Shown here: piece by piece, positions 41,402 to 53,567 of the stretch
How the letters are laid out: every line of letters begins with the position of its first letter
Position numbering within the stretch: the first letter of the stretch is position 1
From: Planctomycetota bacterium
GTDB taxonomy: Bacteria > Planctomycetota > UBA1135 > UBA2386
Assembly (NCBI GenBank): GCA_965223545.1
Contig: OZ245006.1
Location: 224,001 to 288,000 of the forward strand
Reading direction: 5' to 3'
DNA: 64,000 bases
Translations under genes and position numbers: made by a program
Notes under the pieces: model-generated
Database searches by the model: none
Seen by the model: only the letters and a program-made list of their open reading frames with translations
What the model was told of the DNA's origin: nothing

Positions 41402-42033
41402 ATGGCACGCACCACCACGAAGAAGCTCGCCAGCCAGCAGGCCCTGCTGGACTGCTCGACCGCGGCGCGAGCGTCGCCCAGGCCGTCGAGTCGCTGGGCA
41501 TCGGACTCTCCACCCTCTACGCCTGGGCTCGCCGCAAAGCAGCGTTCGCGCGGAAGTTCAACGAGGCCCTCGACTGGGCCGCGCCCGCCGCGATGGGGAA
41601 CGCCAACGCCCGGCGCCAGCTCGACAAGGTCGAGGCGAGGATCGAGGAGATCGACGAGGGGATCGAGAACCTCGATCTGGTCCTGGCCAGCGCCGAGCAG
41701 CACCTCGCCCGGGCCCGCGAGCGAGAGCAGGCCGAGGAGCGCGCCGCCGCGCGGGCCGAGGTCGACGAGCTGCGCGAGCGGCGCCAGGAGAACGCCAGGG
41801 ACATCGACCGGCTGCTGCGGGAGATGAACGAGTGCGTCCTGCGCGAGCAGGAGCTGGGCGCCGCGGAGCAGTCTGCCGGGCGCAAGGCCGGCGTGCGGAT
41901 CAAGTCGCTGCACCAGGTCTCCTGCGTTCACCACGGTTTCATGGCTCGCCCCCGGCGCGGACGCGCCTGGACACGTCTGCTAGTCTACGGTGCATGGCTT
42001 CGCGGCGGTCGACCGGGATCCTCTTGGCGGTGA
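41402..42033 (+). pseudogene. Frameshifted phage-like HTH (terminase-small-subunit-like) plus coiled-coil fragment
   Basis: MARTTTKKLASQQALLD (from 41402) joins 'LLDRGASVAQAVESLGIGLSTLYAWARRKAAFARKFNEA' in another frame at about 41452. Confidence 0.5.
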
Positions 42034-42938
42034 TCGGCGTCGGGGGGCTGATCGTGGCGAGCGTGTTCGTGGCGCCCGTGTGCATGCTGGGGTTCGCGTT
42101 GTCGTGCCGCGACGACCCAGAGCTTGACGCTGCGCTGGACAGGTACTTCCAGGGGCACGAGCTGTTCGACGAGGGCCGGTACGCCGAGGCCGCGGAGCAT
42201 TACCGGGCCTGGAAGGACTACGAAGACGCTCACGATGAAGACTCCAGCGAGGTGACGGGGCTGATCGGCCACGCGCTCGACCTCGCGGGTCGAACTCAGG
42301 AGGCCAAAGAGCTGATCGACGCATCGTTGGCCATCGAGAAGAGGTGGTACGTCTGCCTCTACAAGGCCCACTTCCTTGCCCGCCACGAGAGCGATGAGTC
42401 TGCGCTGGCCTGGCTGAACGAAGCACAGCTGCCAGATGCCAGCCGGGCGCGCGCCATCGCGAGCTTCTACCGAGAACGGGGACGGTACGCGGACGCGATC
42501 CCGGTGCTGAAGGACCTCCTTGAACAGGTAGAGGGTCGGCGCTTCCTCGTCGACGGCGCGATTCGCGTGCCCCCCGTGATCGACACGGCGACGCACAACC
42601 AGATCTCCAGCTTGCTCGATCCGCTGCAAGACCTCGCGGAGAACCACCTACAAGTCCGCGACTTCGACGCCGCGGACAAGTACGCCCAACTTGGAATCAC
42701 CGTGGGACAGATTCTCAATCGCGACGCGACCTACGCCGGCGACAAGTACGTCGAGGCCGGTGACGTTCGGTGCCGGATCGTGCGAGCCCGAGTTCTGATG
42801 CAGCGGGGCGAGTGGGATGCCTCCGGGGAAGAGATCGGGTTCGCGAAGGCCATCGCGGACTGGTCGGGATACTCGGGATCGGTCGAGGCGGTGCAGTCAG
42901 CAACTCAGGAGCTTCAGCATCGTCGGTCCAAGCGCTAG
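41994..42938 (+). CDS. Membrane-anchored TPR protein
   Basis: N-terminal TM; TPR-like 'GRYAEAAEHY', 'GRTQEAKELI', 'GRYADAIPVL'. Confidence 0.75.
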   Translation: MASRRSTGILLAVIGVGGLIVASVFVAPVCMLGFALSCRDDPELDAALDRYFQGHELFDEGRYAEAAEHYRAWKDYEDAHDEDSSEVTGLIGHALDLAGRTQEAKELIDASLAIEKRWYVCLYKAHFLARHESDESALAWLNEAQLPDASRARAIASFYRERGRYADAIPVLKDLLEQVEGRRFLVDGAIRVPPVIDTATHNQISSLLDPLQDLAENHLQVRDFDAADKYAQLGITVGQILNRDATYAGDKYVEAGDVRCRIVRARVLMQRGEWDASGEEIGFAKAIADWSGYSGSVEAVQSATQELQHRRSKR

Positions 42939-43118
42939 CGTGACCCTGCCAATCGCCCACTGCGGGCCGCAACGTGACCCGAAATGCGAGGCGAAGCTGC
43001 TGAAAGTCACCTGACCCGGCGGGGGGCCGTTGGTTGGAGTGCGCGCCGGCTTCCACTGTGGAGGCGGCTGTCCGCGGCATATGCAGGGGGCACGTCAACT
43101 GTTGACGAGCCTCACCAG

Positions 43119-43380
43119 CTAGCTCGTCCGCAGTTCGAGTACGAGTTCGCCTCCGTCCTGGCAGGACAGCTGCCTCTCTTCTCCTAGCGCGGTCAGCGTA
43201 GCTCGACCACTTGGCACGTTGCGCAGCTCGAATCGTCCGTCCGCGTCGGTCCACGCGCTGTAGCCACAGACGGGCTTCGGGCCGGAACCGTGGCTGTGCA
43301 CCTGCACGAACGCCCTCGGTCGGGGAATCCCGCGCGCATCGGTGGAATGTACCGACCAAACGACGGGGACGCCCTTCGGC
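43119..43380 (-). pseudogene. 3' fragment of a carboxypeptidase-regulatory-like (Cna-B type) domain gene
   Basis: 'DARGIPRPRAFVQV...WTDADGRFELRNVPSGRATLTA'; no credible start. Confidence 0.4.
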
Positions 43381-43463
43381 AAGCGGGCTTCCGGCGCTCG
43401 CGGGAAATCGCCGGCCGAAATGGCAGCCGGACACCCCATCTGACGCTTAGCTGGATCGTGACC

Positions 43464-44030
43464 ATGTCCGAGCCGTCCGATGTCACGCGTTTGCTGCAGG
43501 AGTTCGACCAGCGCGACGATGCCGCCGAAGAGCTCATGCCGCTGGTCTACCAGTCGCTGCAGGAGCTGGCGCGCGCCCGCTTGCGCGACGAGCGCGGCGA
43601 CCACACGCTGCAGGCGACGGCGCTGGTCCACGAGGCGTGGATCCGCATCGCCCGGGGCCGTGATCTCGGCTGGCAGGAGCGATCACACTTCTTCCAGACC
43701 GCTTCCGAGGCGATGCGGCGCGTGCTGATCGATCACGCCCGCCGGCACACGAGCAAGAAGCGCGGCCAGGGCAAGCGCGCCGTACCGCTGAGCCGCCTCG
43801 ATCTGGTCGAAGAGCGCGATCTCGACGAGGTGCTGGCGCTCGACGAGGCGCTGGAGCAGCTCGAGCAGGAAGACGCCCGCGCGGCCCGGATCGTCAAGCT
43901 GCGCTACTTCGCGGGGCTCGAGGTCAAGGAGACCGCCGAGGCGCTGCAGATCTCCGAGCGGACGGTGGCGCGGGAGTGGGCTTTCGCGCGCGCGCGGCTG
44001 TTCGACTTGATGGGCTACGAGGCCGAGTAG
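43464..44030 (+). CDS. ECF-type sigma factor (Planctomycete type, STK-associated)
   Basis: 'ELMPLVYQSL', 'HTLQATALVHEAWIR', 'MRRVLIDHAR', 'LRYFAGL', 'ERTVAREW.FAR'. Confidence 0.95.
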   Translation: MSEPSDVTRLLQEFDQRDDAAEELMPLVYQSLQELARARLRDERGDHTLQATALVHEAWIRIARGRDLGWQERSHFFQTASEAMRRVLIDHARRHTSKKRGQGKRAVPLSRLDLVEERDLDEVLALDEALEQLEQEDARAARIVKLRYFAGLEVKETAEALQISERTVAREWAFARARLFDLMGYEAE

Positions 44031-44043
44031 TCGCGGCGACTCC

Positions 44044-47250
<3,207 letters not shown>

Positions 47251-47348
47251 GGTCGAGTCGTGCCAAGGGTATGACGCGCGCGCCAGTTCACCTACTCCAC
47301 CGCCGCAAATGGCAGGTCGCGGGTCGCTCTTGCGCCAGGGGAAGAACA

Positions 47349-48149
47349 ATGCTCGACGCGGGTTCAGCGCACCCTCGCTCCGACGTCGCTGGCCGCGCTG
47401 CGTTCGTCTACGGCATCGCGTGCTACTGCGCGTTTGCCAGCTGCTTCGCGGTCACGGTGCTGTTCGTCAGCGATTTCGGCCTGACGCAGACGATCGACCG
47501 CCCCGTGACGGCGGCTCCCCGCACGGCTTTGGCCATCGACATCGGCCTGCTGCTCGGGTTCGGCGTGCAACACTCGGTGATGGCGCGCGCCGGTTTCAAG
47601 CGGCGATGGACCCGGGTCGTTCCGGCGGCGATCGAGCGTAGCACCTACGTCCTGGCCACTGTGGTAGCACTCTCGGCGCTGTTCTGGCAATGGCGTCCGA
47701 TCGAAGCCGTGGTCTGGGACCTCGATTCCCCCGTCACGCGCACGCTCGTCCACACGGTCCTCGTATGCGGTTGGCTGCTCGTGCTCATCGCGACGGCGCT
47801 GATCAACCACGCCGACCTGTCCGGCCTGCGGCAGGTGTGGTGTCGCGTGCGCGGGCGGCGGTACTTCACGCCAGGGTTCGTCACCCCGGGCCCGTATCGC
47901 ATCGTCCGCCACCCCCTGTATCTGGGATGGATCATCGCATTCTGGGCTACGCCGCACATGACTGCGGGTCATCTGTTGTTCGCGACGGCGATGACCCTCT
48001 ACATCCTCGTCGCCATCCGTTTCGAGGAACGCGATCTGCTGCGCGACCACGGTGATGCCTATCGCAACTACCGCGATCGCGTGCCGGGGCTGCTGCCGCG
48101 CATCGGCACACGCATCTCGAGAATGCACTCCGGCCGTGGCATGCGCTGA
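47349..48149 (+). CDS. mddA: Methanethiol S-methyltransferase-like (MddA / ICMT family) membrane protein
   Basis: 'QHSVMAR..FK', 'ERSTYVL', 'WQWRP', 'GLRQV', 'YRIVRHPLYLG..IAFWATP.MT.GHLLFA', 'EERDL'. Confidence 0.75.
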   Translation: MLDAGSAHPRSDVAGRAAFVYGIACYCAFASCFAVTVLFVSDFGLTQTIDRPVTAAPRTALAIDIGLLLGFGVQHSVMARAGFKRRWTRVVPAAIERSTYVLATVVALSALFWQWRPIEAVVWDLDSPVTRTLVHTVLVCGWLLVLIATALINHADLSGLRQVWCRVRGRRYFTPGFVTPGPYRIVRHPLYLGWIIAFWATPHMTAGHLLFATAMTLYILVAIRFEERDLLRDHGDAYRNYRDRVPGLLPRIGTRISRMHSGRGMR

Positions 48150-48294
48150 CTCCATCTTGCGCTAGGAGCAATTGGCGGGCGAACGCTCGCCCGCGTCGTG
48201 GCGGCGCTGCGCTGGTCATGCCGGCCTCCCCTGCAGCTTGCACGGGCGAGCTGGAGTGCATCCGCGACGTGACCACATCCAAGCAACGGAGACC

Positions 48295-49929
48295 ATGATG
48301 TCACAGCACACTCTTCGCGGCGCAAGAGCCGCCTTCGCCATCGCCCTTACCTCGCTCTCGCTGCCGTCCCTCTCGCTGCCGGCCCAGTCACCGTCGGAGC
48401 TGTTCTCGGTCCGTAGGGCGGAGTCCTTCGGCCGCTTCGGCTGGCAAGTGTGCGTTCCCGGCGACCTGGACGGTGACGAGCTCGACGACTTCGTCGTGGG
48501 CAGCCACGACGCCGACGTCGTTCGAGCCTACTCGGGACGAACCGGGCGACAGCTGTTCGAGCTCTTCGGTCAGCCCGGAGATGCGTTCGGCTACAGCATC
48601 GAAGCCGCTGGTGACGTCGACGCGGACGGGACCGACGACTTTGTCATCGGTGCGCCGCAGTTCCCGCTCGGATTGTCCGCGCCGGGCTATGTCGTGGTGG
48701 TCTCCGGCCGTACCGGAAGCCCCCTCCGCACGATCGCGGCGCAAGCCGGCGGTCTTCGCTTCGGGGAGCATGTGGCTGGCGCCGGCGACTTCAACAGCGA
48801 TGGGTTCGATGACATCGTGGCCAGCTGGCATGCCAACGGCGGCAACAACGCGATCGTGCATTCCGGTCGCGACGGCGCGGTGCTGTTCAACACGGGTCGC
48901 GGCGACCCGATACACTCGGTCGCGGGCGTCGACGACCTGGACCGAGACGGCTTCGACGACATCGCGATCGGCCAGGGTGACGCGGTATCGGTGTACTCGG
49001 GCCGCACCCGTACACACTTGACCGCGATCCCGAGCCCAACCGGCGCGATCGCGTTCGGAGATCGAATCGCCGCTGGTGATCTCGACGGCGACGGAAGCCT
49101 CGAGATCGTCATCGCGGACGCCGCGGCAGTAGTGGCGCGTCATCCCGGCTCCGTGTTCGCCTACTCCTTCCCCACGGGCAACCTGGTCATGCAGCTGAAC
49201 GGCGCCTCGCCAGGAGACCACCTGGGCAGCTCGCTGCGCGTTGTGGACGTAACCGGGGACGGCCAAGCCGAGATGGTGATCGGGGTGCCCGGGGCGGACC
49301 CGAGCGCCGGCTTCGTCCAGGCGGTCGCTTTCGACGGCACGCTCACCGGGAAAGTCGTCGCGATCGTCACCGGGAACTTCGGCGGCGAGCAGTTCGGCGT
49401 CTCGCACGACACCGGCGATCTGGATGGCGACGGCCTCCCCGACTTCGTCGTTGGAGCCGACCACGCCGCAGAGCTCGCTCCCATGGCGGGCCGCGTCACC
49501 GCGTTCGTGAACAACTTCACTGCCGATCCGGGTCGGGTGTTTCGGCACGGAGCCGGGTGCGACGACAGTTTCGGCCGCCGGGCTGCGATCAGCATCCGTG
49601 GCCGGCCAGTCCTCGGAGAGACGTTCAGCCTCACCGCGCGCGCCGCACCGTTCTCGTCACCGAGCTTCCTTGCGCTCGGTGCCCAGCGCGCCAACCTCCC
49701 TCTTGGCGTGATCGGCATGCCGGGCTGCGGGTCCCATGTGTCTTTGCTGGTGATCCTCCCGTCATCCACGAGCGCTTCCGGCACCTGCTCGGTGCAAATC
49801 CAAGTCCCGAACGCGCCCAGCCTCACGGGGGGCCTGATCCAGGCGCAGTGGCTGTTGGTCGACCCCCCGGCCAATCAGCTCGGGATGGTCGCTTCCGGTG
49901 GGCTGGAACTTCGCGTTGGTGCAGGCTGA
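48295..49929 (+). CDS. Secreted integrin-alpha/FG-GAP repeat protein
   Basis: Signal peptide; repeats 'FG..(A)GD.D.DG.DD..(I/V)GAP'; distinct C-terminal domain. Confidence 0.88.
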   Translation: MMSQHTLRGARAAFAIALTSLSLPSLSLPAQSPSELFSVRRAESFGRFGWQVCVPGDLDGDELDDFVVGSHDADVVRAYSGRTGRQLFELFGQPGDAFGYSIEAAGDVDADGTDDFVIGAPQFPLGLSAPGYVVVVSGRTGSPLRTIAAQAGGLRFGEHVAGAGDFNSDGFDDIVASWHANGGNNAIVHSGRDGAVLFNTGRGDPIHSVAGVDDLDRDGFDDIAIGQGDAVSVYSGRTRTHLTAIPSPTGAIAFGDRIAAGDLDGDGSLEIVIADAAAVVARHPGSVFAYSFPTGNLVMQLNGASPGDHLGSSLRVVDVTGDGQAEMVIGVPGADPSAGFVQAVAFDGTLTGKVVAIVTGNFGGEQFGVSHDTGDLDGDGLPDFVVGADHAAELAPMAGRVTAFVNNFTADPGRVFRHGAGCDDSFGRRAAISIRGRPVLGETFSLTARAAPFSSPSFLALGAQRANLPLGVIGMPGCGSHVSLLVILPSSTSASGTCSVQIQVPNAPSLTGGLIQAQWLLVDPPANQLGMVASGGLELRVGAG

Positions 49930-49986
49930 CAGTCGAATTCGTGTCCGCCGCCTCCCGTGCCGTCGTTATCCGCTTCGATGAGAACA

Positions 49987-50454
49987 ATGCAAACGCGCTC
50001 CATCCGATCGTGGCTCACGATCGGAGCCGCGTTCCTGGCAGGGAGCCTCGTGCTCCCCACCGCGCAGCGGCTCTGGCTCGGCACGCCCGGCGTCGAGGAC
50101 GCGGGATACCCGATCAACGCCATGATCCAGCAGGTCCGCGACGAGCTGTTGGCCGCGGAGGGTTCGTTCAACGACAAGGGCGAGGACCCGATGTTCCAGG
50201 TCAAGCATCTGGACTTGGAGCTCGCGTTCACGGTCAAGCGCACGAACTCGGCGAGCGCTGATGGCAAGTTCCAGCTGGTCGCCGTCAGCAGTGACACTCA
50301 GACCGCGACCGAGAACGTGCAGCGGATCAAGCTGCACTTGGAAGCGGCCGGCGGGCGAGAGATCAGGGTGATCACCGCCGACGCCGACCCGGTTGCGCCG
50401 ATTCCAGCCGACGCGATCCAACAGGCGCCACCGCGCCGAAAGCCGAAACCATGA
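49987..50454 (+). CDS. Trypco2-like (trypsin co-occurring domain) protein with N-terminal membrane anchor
   Basis: 'I..MIQQVRDELLAA...FQVKHLDLELAFTV...GKFQLV...VQRIKLHL'. Confidence 0.65.
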   Translation: MQTRSIRSWLTIGAAFLAGSLVLPTAQRLWLGTPGVEDAGYPINAMIQQVRDELLAAEGSFNDKGEDPMFQVKHLDLELAFTVKRTNSASADGKFQLVAVSSDTQTATENVQRIKLHLEAAGGREIRVITADADPVAPIPADAIQQAPPRRKPKP

Positions 50455-51422
50455 GCCTCAGGGTCCGCAAGTCTTCGGGCGGCGACAACCTTTCGGAAGG
50501 CTCGATGCCGCTGGAACTTCGACAACGCAGCTCCCGGAGGCTCGAAGACAACACTGGCCTCTGGGCTCAGCGCGGCCGCCGGCGACCGCGGGAACCGCGA
50601 CCGACGCTCGGGTCGCGGAATGCTCCGTGTTTGGTTGCGGCCTCGGCCGCGCTGAGTTGCGCCGCCAGAGTCTGCTTTCTGGTCGCCGCTGCCCTGGGCA
50701 GCGCGACCCCGCTCGCCGCCCAACCCGATCCCAAGATCCAGATCAGCGTACAGAGAGCCGGGCCGAGCACGGTCGTGTTCGGGATCGATCTACGTCAGCT
50801 CACCGAGCGCCCGTTCCTGAGCTCAGTGACCCTGCGGGCCAAGTTCTTTCGAGGGAAGGACAACATCGGCGAGGCGCTGTACTCCTATCGAGACTGGGAG
50901 CTGCCACGTCTCGAACGCGGCGAGTACTACGCACTCGCGCTTCCGCACGAGCACGGCGAGGCCGACCGCGTGGTCGGCGCGCTGGAAGGGGCACTCGCGG
51001 GCGGAAAGGCCGACGTCATCGGCGTGGAAAGGCAGGCGTCCGGCAGGGTTGATCCGAAGATCACGCCGTCGTGGCCCAAGCCGCTCCGGCCCGGCAACGC
51101 GCGCAGAGGTCGGGGGGACCATCCGCCCTTCGCGCGAGGCACAGTCGTCCAGCGGAGCGCCGTGGCCACGGCGCTCCCACCGATCATTGCAATCGCTCGT
51201 GCGCTCGACCCGGAGAGCCAACGCGCCATCCAACTGGCGAAGGAGAGCATGGCAGCCCAACGGTGGAGTGAAGCAGAGCTCGTCTTGCTGCGCGATCTGG
51301 AACGCCACCCGACCACGAACGGCGCGCAGCGGGCCGTGCTCCTCGATCAGCTGGCGGTGCTCATGGATCGGCGGGCGGCCGACTACCGCCGCCTGGCAGC
51401 GGAAGCGCGCCGGGGCGGCTAA
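50451..51422 (+). CDS. Hypothetical secreted protein carrying an in-frame 201-bp insertion just after its start codon
   Basis: Removing one TGAG-to-TGAG unit gives MSCAARVCFLVAAALGSATPLAAQP (signal peptide), ATGA-coupled to the Trypco2 stop. Confidence 0.6.
   Translation: MSLRVRKSSGGDNLSEGSMPLELRQRSSRRLEDNTGLWAQRGRRRPREPRPTLGSRNAPCLVAASAALSCAARVCFLVAAALGSATPLAAQPDPKIQISVQRAGPSTVVFGIDLRQLTERPFLSSVTLRAKFFRGKDNIGEALYSYRDWELPRLERGEYYALALPHEHGEADRVVGALEGALAGGKADVIGVERQASGRVDPKITPSWPKPLRPGNARRGRGDHPPFARGTVVQRSAVATALPPIIAIARALDPESQRAIQLAKESMAAQRWSEAELVLLRDLERHPTTNGAQRAVLLDQLAVLMDRRAADYRRLAAEARRGG
50452..50656. repeat. TGAG-bounded structured ~200-bp element, copy 1
   Basis: Shares ordered blocks TGAGCCTC, GCGGCGACAAC, GCCGCTG, CCGGAGGCTCG, GGCTCAGCGCGGC, GTTTGGTTGCGG and GGCCGCGCTGAG with 53625-53823. 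Confidence 0.8.
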
Positions 51423-51511
51423 CCGTCAATCGGCGCGATCGTGGCGTCGCACGCGCGCGGCCTGGATAACGGTCTGGCCGCACTCCGGCGCCAACCCATA
51501 ACCTACGGAAT

Positions 51512-53149
51512 ATGCGAACACCGGCCGCCGCGACGATGAGCTGCTGGCTCGCCCTGGCGACGGGGTGTGCCGCACCGTGGAGCCAACATCCGCCGGGAAC
51601 AGCAGAACCGCTGTTCGACGGGCTCGGCGATCATCACTTCGCCATCACCACCGACTCTCACCTCGCGCAACGATACTTCGACCAGGGCAGGATGATGCGC
51701 TACGGGTTCGCCTTCGAGGCGTCCCGGCGCGCGTTCGACCCAGCCTGCGCCATGGCCTGGTGGGGTGTCGCGTGGAGTCGGGGGCCCGACTTCTGGAGTC
51801 CCGTCGTCTCTCCGGAGGACGGAGAGCGAGCCTGGCAGGCGATCGAACGGGCACGCTTCGCCTCCGACAACGCCACCCCGCGGGAAAGAGCGCTGGTCGA
51901 AGCCGTAGCCAAGTGGCACTCCCGCGCACCGGACCACGAACGCCCCGCCCTCAACCAAGCGTATGCGGAAGCGATGGCTCAGCTGTGGCGCGAGTATCCG
52001 GCCGATGCCGAGATCGGAACGCTCTACGCCCAGGCGCTGATCGCGTTGCGCCCCCGCGGCCTGTGGACGTACGACGCGCATCGGCATCCCGTCACCAAAC
52101 AGCTCGTTGCAGTCCTCGAGCAGGTGCTGGCACTCGACGCCGACCACCCGGGCGCCAATCACTTCCTCATCCACGCAGTGGAGGCCTCGCCCGACTTTCG
52201 TTCCGGCCAAGCAGCCGCAGACCGGCTGCGGACGCTCGCCCCACGAAGCCCGCATCTGCTGCACATGCCGTCACACATCGACATCCGCACCGGCAACTGG
52301 GACCAAGCCATCGAGCAGAGCCATCGTGCGAATGCGGCGACCCGCTCCTTCCTCGACGCCACCACCGATGGCCTCGTCTACTCCCCGGCGTGGACGCACA
52401 ACTACCACCTGCTGGCATTCGCCTGCATGATGGGCGGTCGATACGAGGAAGGCCTGGCAGCTGGCCGCGCGCTCGAAACTGCCGTGCTCAAAGATCGCAC
52501 GGCCACTCGAGTGTTCGACCGCTGGCGGCTACCGATCCTGTACGAGGTACACATCCGATTCGGCCGCTGGCAAGAGATGCTGCATGAGCCTGCGCCGCCC
52601 GAGGAGATGCCGTTCGTCCGCATCATGTGGCACTTCGCACGGGCCGTTGCGCGCGCCGCACTCGGTCAAGTCGACGACGCCGAACGCGAGCACGCTCGGT
52701 TCGTGGCGTTGACCGCTGCGTTCCAGCCCAGCGCGCGGATCCACCGCGACCTGACCCCGCAGATCCTGGCCGTCGCCGATCTCGTGGTGCGCGGCGAAAT
52801 CGCGTTCCAGCGCGGCGACACGGCGGCGGCCGTCCGGCTGTTGCAGCAAGCCACCGAACGCGAGGATCGCCTGAAGTACTACGAACCGCCGCTCTGGCAT
52901 CAGCCTGCGCGCCACGCCCTCGGCGCGGTGCTCGTGAAAGTCGGCAGGCTCGAAGAGGCAGAGCAGGTGTATCGCGAGGACCTGCGGCGGTGGCCCAACA
53001 ACGGGTGGTCACTGCACGGCCTGGAGACGTGCCTGCGCGCCCGCGGTGCCACCGACGAGGCCGCGCATGTGCGCAGTGTGTTCGAACGCGCTTGGGCGAA
53101 TGCAGACACAAGCATCGCGGCGAGCTGCCTCTGCGTGCTCGAGCGCTAG
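51512..53149 (+). CDS. TPR-containing lipoprotein
   Basis: Lipobox 'LATGC'; 'AQRYFDQG', 'HPGANHFLIHAVE', 'HLLHMPSHI', 'YYEPPLW..P.RH.LG', 'PNNGWSL.GL'. Confidence 0.85.
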   Translation: MRTPAAATMSCWLALATGCAAPWSQHPPGTAEPLFDGLGDHHFAITTDSHLAQRYFDQGRMMRYGFAFEASRRAFDPACAMAWWGVAWSRGPDFWSPVVSPEDGERAWQAIERARFASDNATPRERALVEAVAKWHSRAPDHERPALNQAYAEAMAQLWREYPADAEIGTLYAQALIALRPRGLWTYDAHRHPVTKQLVAVLEQVLALDADHPGANHFLIHAVEASPDFRSGQAAADRLRTLAPRSPHLLHMPSHIDIRTGNWDQAIEQSHRANAATRSFLDATTDGLVYSPAWTHNYHLLAFACMMGGRYEEGLAAGRALETAVLKDRTATRVFDRWRLPILYEVHIRFGRWQEMLHEPAPPEEMPFVRIMWHFARAVARAALGQVDDAEREHARFVALTAAFQPSARIHRDLTPQILAVADLVVRGEIAFQRGDTAAAVRLLQQATEREDRLKYYEPPLWHQPARHALGAVLVKVGRLEEAEQVYREDLRRWPNNGWSLHGLETCLRARGATDEAAHVRSVFERAWANADTSIAASCLCVLER

Positions 53150-53357
53150 GCACACCTGCTGCAGCCCGCGCCGATCGTCACCTCGAGGCCGCCGGAGGCG
53201 ACTACGCCGAGGTGGCGGCAGGCGAACCGTGCACGAACGGTGCACGGGCGTGTGCAAGATCTGCAGTCGGCGTGAGGGGGTCGTGCTCGCGGCGGGCGCG
53301 GGCGGTGCAGCACGCCCCGGTCACGCCCGGCACGGGGCTTGCTGAACCGGGCAGACC

Positions 53358-53519
53358 ATGCTCCGCGCATCCATTGCCTTCTTCGTTCTCGCGATCATCG
53401 CGGCGTTCTTCGGCTTCGGCGGGATCGCCGAAGGCGCGACCGACATCGCGAAGATTCTTCTCATCGTCTTCATCATCCTCGCCGTGATCAGCTTCGCGCT
53501 CGGCCGGCGCAAGGTGTGA
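53358..53519 (+). CDS. DUF1328 (UPF0391/YtjA-like) small membrane protein
   Basis: Not in the ORF track; MLRASIAFFVLAIIAAFFGFGGIAEGATDIAKILLIVFIILAVISFALGRRKV. Confidence 0.9.
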   Translation: MLRASIAFFVLAIIAAFFGFGGIAEGATDIAKILLIVFIILAVISFALGRRKV

Positions 53520-53567
53520 ACGCACCCCACACCCAACCACGCAGACAGACTTCAACCGAAAAAGCCA

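Larger units (their letters stand above)
40812..42960. mobile_element. Decayed phage/integrative-element remnant at tRNA-Val
   Basis: AlpA/excisionase-like HTH, frameshifted phage-like HTH gene, and 9-bp repeat of the tRNA 3' end (ATCGCCCAC at 40801-40809 and 42952-42960). No integrase. Confidence 0.5.
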
